This document shows positions 25,221-39,438 of a stretch of DNA of 64,000 nucleotides, piece after piece (within the stretch, counting starts at the first letter, position 1; each line of letters opens with the position of its first letter). This DNA is from Adineta vaga. Taxonomy: Eukaryota > Animalia > Rotifera. The notes beneath the pieces were generated by a model, which worked only from the letters and a program-made list of their open reading frames with translations, had not been told where the DNA came from and searched no databases. A program made the position numbers and the translations under genes. The stretch lies in the NCBI GenBank assembly GCA_021613535.1, contig CP075494.1, positions 15,872,001 to 15,936,000 of the forward strand, given 5' to 3'.

Positions 25221-25278
25221 TTGGGGATGCTGGAGATGACCCATCTCCACGAACCACCCACACCATCACCTTGAAGAT
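25221..25278. repeat. TGTGGG-type hairpin element (copy C, degenerate)
   Basis: Right arm cacccacaccatcaccttgaagat matches the family end CACCCACACC..(T/C)AAGAT. Confidence 0.4.
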
Positions 25279-25503
25279 CTGATTTATTTTACTTTTATTC
25301 TACATTCTCTGACATTTGTTTTTGTATTTCATTCGAAAATAATTTATTCCAATCACTTTTTCGTTCCTATGTTATTGATTAGAATGAATTCAAATAAAAA
25401 AAACTAATTATATTTCATTCATATTTATATACATCAGATGAATGAGTAGAAAGAGATTTATTTTGTATTATTACTACGTCGAAATATTCACTTGCGAATC
25501 AAT

Positions 25504-27373
25504 ATGAAAGACGATCGTATTTCAACAGGAAAAGTTCGTATTGAAAGAATATCACGTCGTGATCAATCAGCCCTTCATCAAGTGCATTTTATTTGTTCAT
25601 AGTTGATTTCTTAATAATCTCTTATCATTTAGCGTTCTTCATCATTAAAACGAAATACTTCAGTTAAACATATTTCTGTTCGATCAACTACTCATAGTGC
25701 TTGTCTATCATCGAAGAATAAAAATACACGAGATAATGATAAAAAAGTATTGAAAAATATTTTCAATATTTTTTCTTTCATAATTTGATATTTCATTTAG
25801 AATTTACCAAACGATCAAATTTCTCAAAGATCAGAAAAATCATCGTGTAGCAAAATTGAAAGTGCACGATCGACACGTACAGTACATTCTGTTCGTGTGA
25901 CTAAAATTCACCGTGTACAATCAGAAGTAAATGAAAAGATTGAACAAGAAAATTCCAATAATACATCGATGGAACACAGTCAAGTTGAAACAAAGAATAA
26001 TCTAAATAAGAAATCAAATTTAACAAAACAGAATATTAAAAAACGAGTAATCATTTTATTAATCTTTCTCTTTTGCGTAAAACATAAATTTTGATAATTT
26101 TAGTCGTTTGGATCAATAGAAAATCTGACAAAAACAAGACGAGAATTTCATCAATCAACAAAAAATAAAAACTTCAAGTAAAAAATTTAAAGAAAATCTT
26201 TTCGATCTATTCGATTATCTTAAAATAGAACTTTAATCAAATCATGTTGTCGATGTTCACGAAGACGACTAGTTATGTCTTTAATAACTCTTTTTCTTAT
26301 TGGAATTGTTCTTGCTATTATTCTTATTATTCTCCGGAACAAATCAAAATCCATGTCAACAATTCCTTGTAAAAAGAATTCTTTTGTTTAAAAAATAAAT
26401 CTACTTTATATTCCAATTAGATCGAGAAGCTTTTCTTCGTTGGAATGCAACTGGAATAACTTTATATGGAACAACAGGTCTACGAGGAAATACATCAACT
26501 CAATTATCAAGTCCATTTGGTTTATTCTTTGATTCCTATGACAATCTTTATATTGCTGATCGATATAATCATCGAATTCAAAAATGTTCAATTAGAATAT
26601 CATATTGTCAAACAATTGCTGGTCGAGGAAATGGAGTTTTAGGAACAAATATGAGTGATTTAAATGGACCAACTTATCTCTATATTGATTCAAATGATAA
26701 TTTATATATCGCAGATTCAGGAAATCATCGAGTTCAATTTTGGAATTATGGAGCTTTGATTGGAAAAACAATTGCTGGAATAACAGGTTCATTGGGTCCT
26801 GGATTAAATCAATTTAATATTCCATATGGAATAGCATTAGATTCGAACTCTAATTTAGTTTATATTGCAGATCATAATAATCATCGTATTATGAAATATT
26901 CATCAGGTAATTTGACTGGTACAATTGTTGCTGGTGGAAATAGTTTTGGAACAAATGCAACACAATTATATCGTCCTGCTGGTTTAATTTTTGATCAATC
27001 GACAAACAATCTTGTTATTGTTAATTTTGGTGTTAGTAATATTGTTCAATGGAAATTAGGTGATTCGAAATGGACAAGTTTTCTTGGAGATTCAAATGGA
27101 TTAAATGGTAATACATCAATACTTTTCGATCATCCAACAGGTATGACATATGATCCAATGGGAAATATTTATGTAGCTGATATGTTTAATCATCGAATAC
27201 AAATGTTTTCAAATGGTCAATTAAATGGAACAACTATTGCAGGAATTTCCAGTCAACTTGGAAATAATCCAACAATGCTTAATTATCCTGTTACAGTTGC
27301 ATTTGATCATCAACTTAATTTATATGTTGCTGATTCATTAAATCATCGAATTCAAAAATTTTTACGCTACTAA
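25504..27373 (+). CDS. Type II membrane protein with C-terminal NHL-repeat propeller; exons 25504-25581, 25633-25746, 25801-26046, 26104-26177, 26229-26368, 26421-27373
   Basis: LRWNATGIT start of the domain, repeated LYIADxxNHRIQ motifs, TM segment LVMSLITLFLIGIVLAIILIIL in exon 5; GT-AG introns in phase. Confidence 0.85.
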
Positions 27374-28467
27374 ATATAGGAAACGTAACTCATTTGCATA
27401 AGTACTGATGATACAATCAGTACAACTCACTTTTTCTTTTCATCGTGAAAATACTTGTCTTTAATTATTATGAACATTATTGTAGTTAATCGTTTCAAAT
27501 AATCTATTCTATAATGAATCTATTAAAGAATATATATGAATCGAATCAATAATAAAATCATGAATTTACAGAAACTTTATTTGAAATTTGTTGATATTTT
27601 TCAATAAAATCGGAACGAATTTATTCGAATTGATCTTTATAAATGCCACGTTATGATGATGCAAGGAAGAATAGACGTAAATCATATAAAAGAATTGAAC
27701 ATGTTGTACAAAAATAATTCAGTTTTTCTTTGTCGTTCTTTTCCAGTAACACGTGTTTTCCTTAGTTTTCTCTTCCCATTTCTTACAAAATTTTACAGGT
27801 CAATATCAAATAAAACCATTTCTTTCGAATATTTTTGGTATGTTCTCACGTGTGTTTAGAGTTGTTCGCATTTTTAATTGATTTTTCTTTAGAACATCGA
27901 TCATTTTCTGAGCTGGATAGACATCGAATGCCAACATCGAACGAACAAATTGATACGAATGATACAGATATTGATGTTGTTTTCTTACGTTGTGTTCAAT
28001 GGTGGGTGGTTATGCGAAATTTCACAAACAATATTCAAAGAATAACAAGAAAAATGTCATATAGAATATCAATGGGTTTTTTGTGCATATAGTTTTGTTT
28101 GCATTGTTTTCTGTTCAAATGGAAACAGCTTACATTCGATTTTTAGATTCATTATATGAATTTAACGAAAAAGCAAATGAATTTGAATGCTTTATTTACA
28201 AAAAAATTGGGAAAAACTTTTTAAACGACAAACGACTTTTCTATGATACTGAAGAATATTTAAAAAAACATTACAATGATTTATTAAAACTTTTGGTCAA
28301 TGATTTTGGACAATTAGAGATTCGAAATCAGGATAGCTAAACATTTTCCTATATCATGCAACACAAGTTAGTGAGTTATTTGGATTTTTTCCACTTTTAT
28401 TAAATTTATCATGGTGGACTAACAGTATTAGTATTTTCGTTGCATTTAGTAGCATGATAAGTTATAT

Positions 28468-28713
28468 CCCAGGTCGATGAAAACGGAGTCGTTTACAATG
28501 CGTTTTCGGAATGTAAACCGTGACAAAACGGTGACTTTACGGCCGAAAATGAACCGTTTTGTTCCGTAATCACGGACGCAGATCTACGGCATCGTAAACG
28601 TACTGTATTCTCCTCCGAAACGGCGACTTTTCGTCTATGTACGGATACAGAACGTACCGTATTACTACGCCCGGTACTATAGTCAGTTTACGGACTGTAT
28701 CATTCGACCTGGA
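28468..28713. mobile_element. MITE with CCCAGGTCGA/TCGACCTGG ends and internal ACGG/CCGT repeats
   Basis: 10-bp TIR with one mismatch, flanked by tat on both sides; same end type as 16281-17423. Confidence 0.75.
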
Positions 28714-29327
28714 TATTTGTTTGCTTAGTAAAGTTGATGAAATGGAAATTTTCAAAATAAGATTGAATTGATTTTTCTTTTTAGAGTGTCTTCAAATAAA
28801 TTTATTAAGACGGTTTCGCAAAATAATGAATCTTTGCGGAACAACGTCGAAACTGAATGGGAGAAGAGACAAAGGCTCAAAAGCGTTTTCAAAGAATACA
28901 ATATCGATTGAATCACATTATTATGTTGCTCATTTTAACTCTGAAAATCGGGAAGATATATGTATATATACTAAATGGATTAAAATTGGAAAATATTTGT
29001 CTGCAAGTAACTTTTTCGCTACATTCGTGAATGATATATTTTCGTTTATGGCCACCTTCATTAGGTTAAAGAACATTATTTACTAGCATTATAGTTATTA
29101 GTTCCAGATATCAAGTATTTAAAGTTCATAATGAAGAGCTTGACAGCTTTCCTTTATAAAGCGGATTTTTGGTTGCGTAATACGTATGTCTGATGCGTTG
29201 ATTAGAGTTAATTCCCCGTAAAAAAAATCAAGTTATGATCATTTTCTTCTTTTTTTTCGTTGTCATCCACTTAAGGAAGTATATTCAATAAAAAAAGCAA
29301 GAAAAGAACTAAAAGAAAATTTTATTA

Positions 29328-31260
29328 TTAAAAACGTTCTCTAGGAGAAAACCAACATTGATTAACCCACATAGGTTTAATTTGTACATCTTGAACTAAA
29401 ACTTTTAACTGTAAAAAAATCGAATCAAATGAATCATTTAAAAAAAGAATTTTATCAAATAAATGTGAATAGTTTTCTTCAATAAAACGTGATTTTTCTT
29501 CAATTTCATTCCATTGTTGTTCATTAACATAAAAATATTCTCTTAATTTGTCAATTGTTGATGGAATTTTCATATAAATGATATAAGGTAAAATATTTGA
29601 ATATTTTAATGAATCAAGTCCTTCAGGTAATAAATTAAGTATACAAATTTTATTCAATGTTTGACAACATATTTCAATCGCTGATTTTGATGTTCCATAA
29701 AGATTTTTTTCATATTCACCATGTTCAACAAATAAATCATTTGAAATATCTTTTTCAAATTGTGAACGTGTTACAAAGTGATAATCACGTCCATCAATTT
29801 CATCAGCTTTCTTAAATCGTGTTGTATGTGGAACAGCAACATCAATCAAAGAACATAATTCTGGACAACTCATTAAACGTTGTCGTAATTCATGGCGACC
29901 GATGTGGGGTGGGCCAATTAAAACGATGGGTCGTTTTCGAGATGAATTTGGAGTATACCATTCAACGGGTTCATAAATACCAAAACTAAAAATAATAGAA
30001 GAAATTTTTCAAAAAAAAAGATAGAAGAGTGAAATGAACAACGAACTTCAATGAAGTTAAAATTTTTTGTTTTGTTGATTGTTGAGAGATAGATTTATGG
30101 AATTTTTTTTTTAATTTTTTCTTCGTTTGCATCGTTTCTTCATCCAATAAACACTTGACAATTTTGAAACGTTTTTCTTGAAATTGTTTCGAAGGAATAA
30201 GACCTGGATATTGTTCTTTCTTTTTATTTTCATCATTTTCCATAACAAATGCTTGCCACCATGATTGATCATCTCGATTAACAATTTGTAATATCGAAGA
30301 TTTCTCAAATGAAAGACCTAATTCACGACATGGAATATACATATCCTCATATGGATCATATGAAAATAATGTTCGAACATATATCGATGTTAAATCATCT
30401 AAATCTTGAAAAGCATGATTATTTTTTCCTATTGTATTGATTTGATCTGAAGCTGGTAGAAGAAGAAATGTAATTGTACCTTGAAGAGAATCAATTAATT
30501 GAACAATTTCATCTAATGTTCGATATTCTGATTGAATAGAAATCTGATTTATTTCAAGTAATTGATCACCAATTGAAAAAAGACCTTGTGCAATACTTCC
30601 ATGAACAATTCTTGCGATTGATATACGATAATCATGTTCAGATAAACGACAAATTGTTGCACCTAATGGTTCCCCTTGACGTTTTTCTAAACGAACGATT
30701 TTTAATCGACTAACATGATATTCAGCTAATTTTGATGCATAATTCGAATTTTCTTTTTCTTCATCAATTAATTTCGATGAATTTGACATGGATACAATAC
30801 AACTTTGTTCTTCATTTTTCTCAGAACACTATGAACAAAAATAAATTTGAAAATAATGAAGAAATCATTAACTTACCTGATCTTTTTTTAATGATTTCTC
30901 TTCTTTTTCTCGATAATAATGTTCAAGTATTGAATCATATGAAGATATTAATGAATAAAAAGATTTTTTTTGTAAAATTTCACTTAATTGTTGATAATCT
31001 TCTGATAAATTCGCTGAATATTCTTGTAAGAATTGTTTTATTAAAATCTCTAATGAGACTTTCTTTTCATTATTTAAGGAAATATTTAACATTAATGAAT
31101 AAAGTTCAAGAGTTTTTTCAAATCGATGCGATTCAATGATTGAATTTAATAATGAATAGTCGACAAGGAGAGACGATACGCTTGATGAATCCTTTTCGTT
31201 AGTAATATTAACATTGTTGCCCGATGACGACAAAGGTGAACTCAACGGGACAACGGACAT
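29328..31260 (-). CDS. mpp5: MAGUK p55 subfamily protein (L27-PDZ-SH3-GK), PALS1/Stardust-like; introns 30829-30876 and 29986-30046
   Basis: PDZ EPLGATI..ARIVHG..GDQLLEIN; SH3 LFSYDPYEDMYIPCRELGLSF..WWQA..GLIPSK; GK RPIVLIGPPHIGRHELRQRL, AVPHTTR, EHGEYEKNLYGT. Confidence 0.88.
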
Positions 31261-31574
31261 TTTATACCTTAAGTTTACTTTTTCTCTCTCTCTCTCTTTC
31301 TCCTTCGACACGAAGAGGGCACACGTTCAACGAAAGAAAAAGAACAAATATAAATAGAAAGAGAAAGAAAGGAAAAAAGACGGATTTCTTTATTGTGAAG
31401 AGTTGAATTGTTGTGTAGACATGAATATACACGTGCAATTCGATCTCTTTATCACTAACTCATGTGTTTATTGTTGACGCAATGATTGAGTATGCATATA
31501 TAAATGAATGTCACCATACATTTCTCTCTTTTCTACATCGATGGGCGAGCCGAATAATTATCAAGGGCTTAAAA

Positions 31575-31638
31575 GGGAGAAAGAGAAAGGAAGAGAGAGA
31601 GACAGAGGGAGAGACAAAAACAGAGAAAAAGAGAAGGG
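31575..31638 (+). repeat. GA-rich low-complexity tract upstream of the MAGUK gene
   Basis: gggagaaagagaaaggaagagagagagacagagggagagac... Confidence 0.7.
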
Positions 31639-34600
31639 CAATGTTCTCGTATGTTGTCGATCAGATAAATCATTAGTGTCGATCGAATGTATGGATTTTG
31701 TCAGAAGAGAAAATGTCTTTTACAGATCTTCATCAATAAATACAGGAAGTCCTTCTATCTATATGTCAAAAAAATGAGGAAGAAAAAAGAACGATTCTTT
31801 TTTGGAAATCATTATTTGAAAAGAAAAGATTTTTCCATTAAAAACTTCTTTTTCTTGTTGAAATATTGATTTTTATCTAATTCTTAATGAAAACATTGAC
31901 TTTGTTGATTGAATGGTGATGACTATGTTATGATTAGAGTGAAGAGGAGAGAGAAGATCGAAAGCAGAAAGTTGAACAATGAATTGACAAGAGGACAGAA
32001 GAAAATTCTTTCTGTATGTTTTCTGTTTTGGATTGGTTCTGACGAGATTATTTTTCTGACATAAAAAATAGCGTTTCTCATATTTCTCAATTAATTATTC
32101 ATGAAATTTGATGGAAAAATGTCCTTTGTTAAATAAATCAAATCTTATGAATAATTTATCTCATTTAATGCAATGAAGAAAAGATTTTTTTCGTTTGAAT
32201 TTTTAAATAGATTGACGTCAAATGTTCTTCTTTTTTCTCTCCAAATATCCATGTATAATCATACTTGTTGTTAAATAGATCGAATCGATCGTACAGAAAA
32301 GTTGTTGTTTTTACCCTCGAGCATATCGTTTGACATTATGATGCTCGGCTAAATCTTCGATAGTATTATTCATTTCCTAGTAAAATATACATATTCAAAA
32401 TAAATCTCTTCTGATAATACTCGAGAGAATCTTCGAGAATATTTTTAATTCACAATTTTTTGGTCATACTGGGACGGAAATATTCGACATATTCAGATTG
32501 AATAGATTTCTGATTACCTGAAGTCAAATGTGCACTTTTGTTCGACATCAGTTGATGTTTTTCAATGATTTTAGTTTGAAAAAAAAAGAAAACAAAAAAG
32601 TAAATGCTATTCATTGTTTCAGAGATTACAGTTTCCGTTAAATGCACTTTAACCAATAATAAAAAAGAATCAGAAAATAAAATAAAAATAAATATCGTGC
32701 TATAGACAAAGATTATTTTTATTTATTAAATTGTGGGTTTCGACTGTTATAATAAGCGCATATGATGAAACTCGTTCTTCATAATGGAGATCAGGGCTAG
32801 CAGTTTTACCATGAGTTCCATAAACAGCACGTAAATTTGTATTCTTAACAATATCAGCTTTTATTGTGACAACTTTTCATTTAATAGAATAAGCTTGATC
32901 AACATTTGTATGATTAAACGTTGTAAATTCACCATTGTTCTATAATGTTCTTTGAAATAAATTTATACCCAAAACGGTAGTAGTTGCTTAAATTAAAAAT
33001 CGAATAATGAACGTTTTCCTTAGTATTTATAAATATCTTGTCATTACTTTATAACCATGAAAATATGAAAATATTGAATATGTGCATTCTTAAAAATAGT
33101 ACATATGCAAACTATTTTAGTATAGATTCTTATATCGCATTACGGATGGCTAATTTACAAAAAGAAAGAAGCAACAAATAAGATGAAGCGTTAGTTTATG
33201 TTCAGGAAAAAGTCCATATCCATACTATCAAACTGCTATCACCGAACAAAAAAAGTTGGTCATTACGTTCAATCGCTGATATACCTTTCATAAACCACCG
33301 TTTATGGTTTATCTCGTTTGACCTGGATACAATCGGTGATTAGATGGTATTAAATTAACTAAATATTTGATAAATCGTTTAAATTCTCTCAGTTTCGATA
33401 GTAAAAATCGTTATAAATCATTTTTACTTGGAAAAGACGATATAGTGATGGTTTCACGATATAAAGGTATCTGATTATATATACTAGTATCAGTCGCTCC
33501 TGGAAAGACAAAAACTTTGACTATAAATCTTCAACAACTGATTGAGATATTATTTAACTAGACTATTAGCCAGTAATCATATAGGAAACATATAACAAAG
33601 TAAACTAATTATTTGTATTGAACAATTTGGTTTATATGCTTTGGAAAGCCATCTCTACCAGCAACCATCTATATTTTAAGGAGATAATTTATTTCTCGAA
33701 AAGATCTCGAAATGGGTACATTGGATCCTGTCGAAAAGGTACTAAATCTATTGTCATACAGGTCATCAGATTCGGTCGGTTATATATATGGTCGGATTCC
33801 GACGCTCTTTGTTGATTTCTTTCCAGCAGACTTTTTGTCTCACACAGAGGAGATCCGGTAGGATTCATTCAAGAAGCAATATCAGAAATAGCTACAAATA
33901 CAAAACTAAGTATGCAACTTATCCAAATGACTACAATGTTTTGTAAAAAGGAATCTTTCATATATGAGTTCGAAACTAATTCTGCTGTTTTAGTGAGGAA
34001 AAATCTCGCCAAACAATCAATGTGGTGATATTTACATTAAATATGATAACAAGTACGAAACATAAGTAATTACAAATAGTTTCAACAGGTCAAAATCATG
34101 TCAAAATACTACCTTTTTCAACTAGTTATGGTCATTTTCTAATCAATTTTTAATTAAATAGCTAATTTATATGCCTTTTGAATGAAAATTATTGATGGAT
34201 GTCTACGATCAATAGTTGATTGATTCAGACTGAAAAATCTGGTCAACGATTGATGAATTTATATTTTTTCCTATCGAACTTTTGCAATCAGCATCATCTA
34301 TTACTTAGTTCGTTAACGGGATTTCATTATTATTTACTTTTTCAATTATCAACTATAACAAACGCCACATAGAACGTTACAAAAATCAGCTTTGTTTGAT
34401 TTTCATAAAGAAAAGTGAAACGGAAGTATTTTTAAATGATATTTTTCTTCGTATGTCACAGAAAAACATGTGAATCGACTTAAAAAGGACAATTAGTATA
34501 GCATATGACCATATTTTTTATGTCAAAACTAAGCTAAAGTAGAAAATCAGAAGTTTTCAATTAAGAATATGTCTAGAAAATCTGATCAAATTAAAAACAA

Positions 34601-34812
34601 AGATTAACAAACTTAATATTAAAATATCAAAACAAAAAACAATTGACTAAGATGTTTTATAAACCAGTTTTCGACCTATCTGATGTTTTAATCTTAATTC
34701 TTAGAATAAATTTCAATAAAGATAAAGTTATTTTCAGAAACCTTATAAAGAGTTTTTCTCTCCAAAATAACATCTTATTTCTTTCTCCATAATTCAAATT
34801 ATCAACAAAGAA

Positions 34813-35796
34813 ATGTCAACATCAATATTACCATACATCCAAAATCAAATGAATTTCTATGGATATCCAATTCTTCTTGTTATTGGAAATATTGGAAATC
34901 TATTAATTTTAATCATATTCAATCGACAAAAACATAATGCTTGTTCAATTTATTTAATGAATTCAGCCATCGCAAATATTCTTTATTTAACAATCGGTGG
35001 TTTCTTTCGAATTTATACATTTTCTTATAATGATGGAACAATTCGTTCATTAATTCTATGTAAAATATCAAATTTTACTCCATCATTTCTTGGACAAGTA
35101 ACAAAAACTTTACTTATATTTGCATGTATTGATCGTTTTCTGATTACAAGTAATCGAGCATCATTTAGAGCATTTAGTACATCAAAACGTGCAAAATATT
35201 TCACATGTTTTATTTATATATTTTGGGCAATTATTGCAAGTCATACTCTTGTTTGGATTACGATTAATAATGGACAATGTGGTCTTTTTGGTGATTATTC
35301 AATATTCTTTGCATTTTATGCTGTTTTATTTATTGGTTTAATTCCAACAACTACTTTATGTATATTTGCTTCTTTAACTTACAAAAATATGAAACAATTA
35401 CGAGCTCGTATTCAACCAAGAGGTGAAGAAATAAATAATTTAAAAAAACGAGATCATGATTTATTAGTTCTCGTTATGGCTGAAGTTATTATTTATGTAA
35501 TAACAACAACACCTTTAACAACAATTCATTTTGAAAGAATGATAACACAATTTGCAATACCAAATAAAACTTTACAAATTATTCAAATTGAACTTTTTGT
35601 TTTAAATGCAGGATTTCTAATGATATTCGTATTTAGTGCAATACCATTTTATACTTATTTCATTTCATCAACTGCATTTCGTCGTGATTGTAAACAATTA
35701 ATTCTCACAAATTATCAACGAATTCGTGGAAGAAAACCTGAACAAACTATTTCTGCTTCAGTTCAAACAAATCTACAAAGAGATACTCGAGTTTAA
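34813..35796 (+). CDS. Single-exon rhodopsin-like GPCR (orphan)
   Basis: GNIGN in TM1, CSIYL, LCK before TM3, ACIDRF (DRY equivalent), PFYTY in TM7 followed by FRRD. Confidence 0.9.
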   Translation: MSTSILPYIQNQMNFYGYPILLVIGNIGNLLILIIFNRQKHNACSIYLMNSAIANILYLTIGGFFRIYTFSYNDGTIRSLILCKISNFTPSFLGQVTKTLLIFACIDRFLITSNRASFRAFSTSKRAKYFTCFIYIFWAIIASHTLVWITINNGQCGLFGDYSIFFAFYAVLFIGLIPTTTLCIFASLTYKNMKQLRARIQPRGEEINNLKKRDHDLLVLVMAEVIIYVITTTPLTTIHFERMITQFAIPNKTLQIIQIELFVLNAGFLMIFVFSAIPFYTYFISSTAFRRDCKQLILTNYQRIRGRKPEQTISASVQTNLQRDTRV

Positions 35797-36045
35797 TGAA
35801 AACATTCCTTTCACCTTTCCCTTTTCCGCTCATATGTAAATTAATCTTGAACTTATTCTAAAGAATATTTTATCGAATAAAGAAAAAATAAGAAGCTTTT
35901 TATTTCTTATTAGAAAAAAACTGATTTGATTGGAGAAGACAAAGTGTTATTACTCAAACGAACGTTCTCGAGAAAATCTTTTTCATATAAATATTGATTA
36001 ATGATTGATAAAAAAGAAAATTTTCTTTTCTTTCGGAAAGAAAAA

Positions 36046-36623
36046 ATGTTGATTGAAATTCACTATGGAAATGGTTCGATTTTACTTGTTAATGGAAATT
36101 GTCGAGTAAATGAAGATTTGTTTTTAATTTTAAAAACTAATTAAATTTTCTTTTTTTGAATAAAGTCAGTGAACTTTGTAAATTATATTCGAAAACATTG
36201 TTGTTTATCATCAACAATTCCAATTGACTTATGTTTATTAAATACGGGTGAACCACTTCATCTTTTATCATCACAAACAAATATTGTTTCTGCTGATAAA
36301 CGTCGTTTTCCATTTCATTCTCATTGTGTTTTAACACGAATTGAAGGTTGAAATGTTTTTTGTCTTTTACAAAAATCAATTGATTTTATCTGATGTTTTT
36401 AGAAGATGGAACATATATTCCATTATTAAATGATTCATCATTAATTACAAATGATTTTCTAACAAAATTAAAACGAGCAACAACAAAACCAATTCAAACA
36501 AAATCAAATACAAAAACAACAAAACAACAAGCACAAAAACTTTCAATTGAAAAACCTAAAAGACGACGAAGTCTTAAAGCAGTTGCAATTGTAGCTACGA
36601 TTGTTAATAATTTTAAACATTAA
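36046..36623 (+). CDS. CXorf65/C22orf15-like small protein; exons 36046-36105, 36166-36346, 36403-36623
   Basis: Spliced product MLIEIHYGNGSILLVNGNCRSVNFVNYIRKHC..IDLC..GEP..YIPLLND plus a basic tail, resembling this family; GT-AG introns in phase. Confidence 0.7.
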
Positions 36624-37043
36624 ATTCTATTATTTCAGAAAACTATAAATTGGAAAAAATCTGTAATTAAATTAATAAATAAAATTAAAAGGATTTACAT
36701 GATAATATTGGAATTTAATTAGAAATATTTATTTGATTTTCGAACAATTTATATTCAATCTGTATCATATTTTTATCGAAATGATCGTGTGCTGACACTT
36801 ACAGGATTTGGATATGAACATTAATACGTGAAATGATTGAAGTTCTTTCGATCTCTATGGCATCTCATAGATACTATACAGAATGTAAGAAATTCACGGG
36901 ATCGAAAGGGTTATCGATAAATAACGAAGAAGAAGAAAAAAAGATAAACTATGGAATACACAGTGATGGAAATTTTATATGATAATATAGAATAGACGAT
37001 TGAAATAGATAGATTTAGATGGAATAAAATCTAGCTACCATAA

Positions 37044-37989
37044 CCCTCGCTTGACGTTGTGGGGTCCAAGAGGCGACCCACTTCACAGCTTTTTTCTAAA
37101 TACTATTTTAGGAGGTTATGTTTCCAATCAGTTTTTACATCTAATCTCTAGTTTTTTGCTGGTAGACACTAGCCTATATTAGAAATCGGAAATAGCTGTA
37201 ACGGAGAAAAAGTTCAGGTACGGGTCCTAGTGGACCCCATAACAGCTATGGTGTTATTATCGTATTTTATACGCTGATATTACAACCATTTACTTTGTTA
37301 CAGTGTTGTGTCATTCTCACGATCTCTTGCGATTGATTTTCATCTTTGCTACCTATTATAAAGATTCATACTTAGTAAAAAGTGTATGAAATCAGTCATT
37401 TTATCGGTCAGGATCACATTTCATTGATTGCTAGTGAAATATTTGATTTTCTGTGAAGAGTTATTCTGGTTTGCTGAATGTAAGACGATAAAATAACATT
37501 CATGTTTACATTTTTTCTGTTTACATAGCATGAATCCAATTTTGAAACTAGAATTAAAATCAATTGGAGATATTTTACTAAAAGATAATAATAGAAGTGA
37601 TTATTCTGTCAATGAAGATTTAGAATCTGATTCACGATAATAATGATTATGAACCTATTGTTTCAAGCTCAGACGACTCATTTAGTGATGAATATACAGT
37701 GTATAGCATCCCATCGACAACAGTTCAATCTATAAAACTGTCAGTTTTTGTCGGCATCATTTGAAAAGGATGTTACTCAATCCTTATTTATAGTACAAAA
37801 CACTCTTACAGTGTCTAGCAAGAAATTCGATGATATCCTTCGAAAAATCGAACCGTCTATGTCTTTCTGACACACAGTTGGAAAGCCTTAGTGACGCTAA
37901 AATGTTCGTTTTTTCTGAAATTTCATAAGCGAGTTCAGACGGACCCTTAAACAACTACGGAGTTAAAAAATGAGAACATCCACGAAGGG
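37044..37989 (+). mobile_element. Internally deleted piggyBac-like element
   Basis: ataa|CCCTCGCTTGACGTT ... AACATCCACGAAGGG|ttaa imperfect TIRs at a TTAA-like site; decayed acidic N-terminal coding remnant at ~37530-37700. Confidence 0.65.
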
Positions 37990-39438
37990 TTAATGCATGA
38001 TTTTCTGTAAAAATGCAAAAAAATGTGCATTTTCGGCAAGATTGTCATGAGTTTTTGGGAACCTTGCGAGTGTTTTAGAAGCAACTTTTTTTATCAAAAG
38101 ATGTGCCGTTTCACGCTCTTTAAGGTCATGTAAAGGTTTTCCTAGACACTCGAAAGCTGGCGTGACAAAGACAACAACAATGATAAAAAACACCCTAAAA
38201 AAGAACCAAGAATGGTCGGATTTTTTGTATTGTGATGAGTTTTTCTCACGAATAAAAAATCTAATGAGATATAAAATGAAGTAGTTTTACAGAGCAACTT
38301 CCGCTCTATTCAATGGTATAAGATGATGTTACTTTTGGTCAAACTTTCATGATAAAAAATTCAATAAACCAAAGCACTCGAAAAACCATAGTTTTTGACA
38401 TATTGGTATTTAGGATTAAAACTTCCGGATAACCGAAGTACTAGAAGCTTTTGTCCAAAGTTGATAAAACTTTGGGTTTATGGGTAACTTTTTATGCTCT
38501 TTCACTCTAGCTGGTCTATTTCGCTAGTCAAAAATTTTCGGCACCCGGCTTGGGTGGTGATCTCGTGGAACCTCTCTTAAGTTGGACACAAGACTAAAAA
38601 GGGACCCAACTGATGCTTTAAAGATTGCATCACTAATAAAAAAGTTGATTAAGAAATGCAAAGATCACTAAATTTTTGAACACTGTATTAAAGTACAGTT
38701 AGAAGGCTATATAAGGTGATTTGTCTCAATGAATGACCAGCTCAAGTGTACATGCAAAAAATATTCTAAAGACAAGAAAATGAGATAAATTTTTATTTCG
38801 ATATAATTTGACGACTGCTTTGGACATCTTTCCTCTTAGATAAGTTCGATGTTACGTTCAACAGAAATTAAAGAAATGTTACTCAATCGATCATCAGTCA
38901 TTCTGTTTCTAGTTGTTGTTCTGATCATTTCTCTTTCCGAGAACACTCTTTTTACATATCTTCAACGGTATTAGTATATATTGTATTTTTTTACTAATCT
39001 AATAAGCGTTGAGACAGCCCGTATGTAGATCAATACTTTAGATCTGCAATAGTTTCATTATTGCAAGAAGATGTTCATAATATGGATAGTTGACATTAAA
39101 AGTTAAGCTCTTTCACTTCGAAAAGATTTGTGCAAGAACAGACGTTCATTTGTCTAACTTCTTTCGCCTTACTAAATTTTGGGTAATACAGGGTCCAAAG
39201 CTCGGTGTTAGAGCTGAGCCGCCCCTGGTCCTATGCTGGTTGCGCCACTAGTTCCATCTAAGTGCATAAATGCACTTTTTTATCCTCTGATAAATTCATT
39301 TTCATCTCTAGATGATAACTTACTATAATAAGAACCTTCAGGCAGACAGAAATAAGCAACAATTTTCTTTCTCTCATACTTATTGGCTAAAAGAAACAAG
39401 CCAATAGATTTTTTCCTCCGGTCATTAGATGTATATGG

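Noticed and set aside
27926-28930. Possible multi-exon gene around the 28468 MITE
   Set aside because: Only short protein-like pieces with stops; no family could be assigned.
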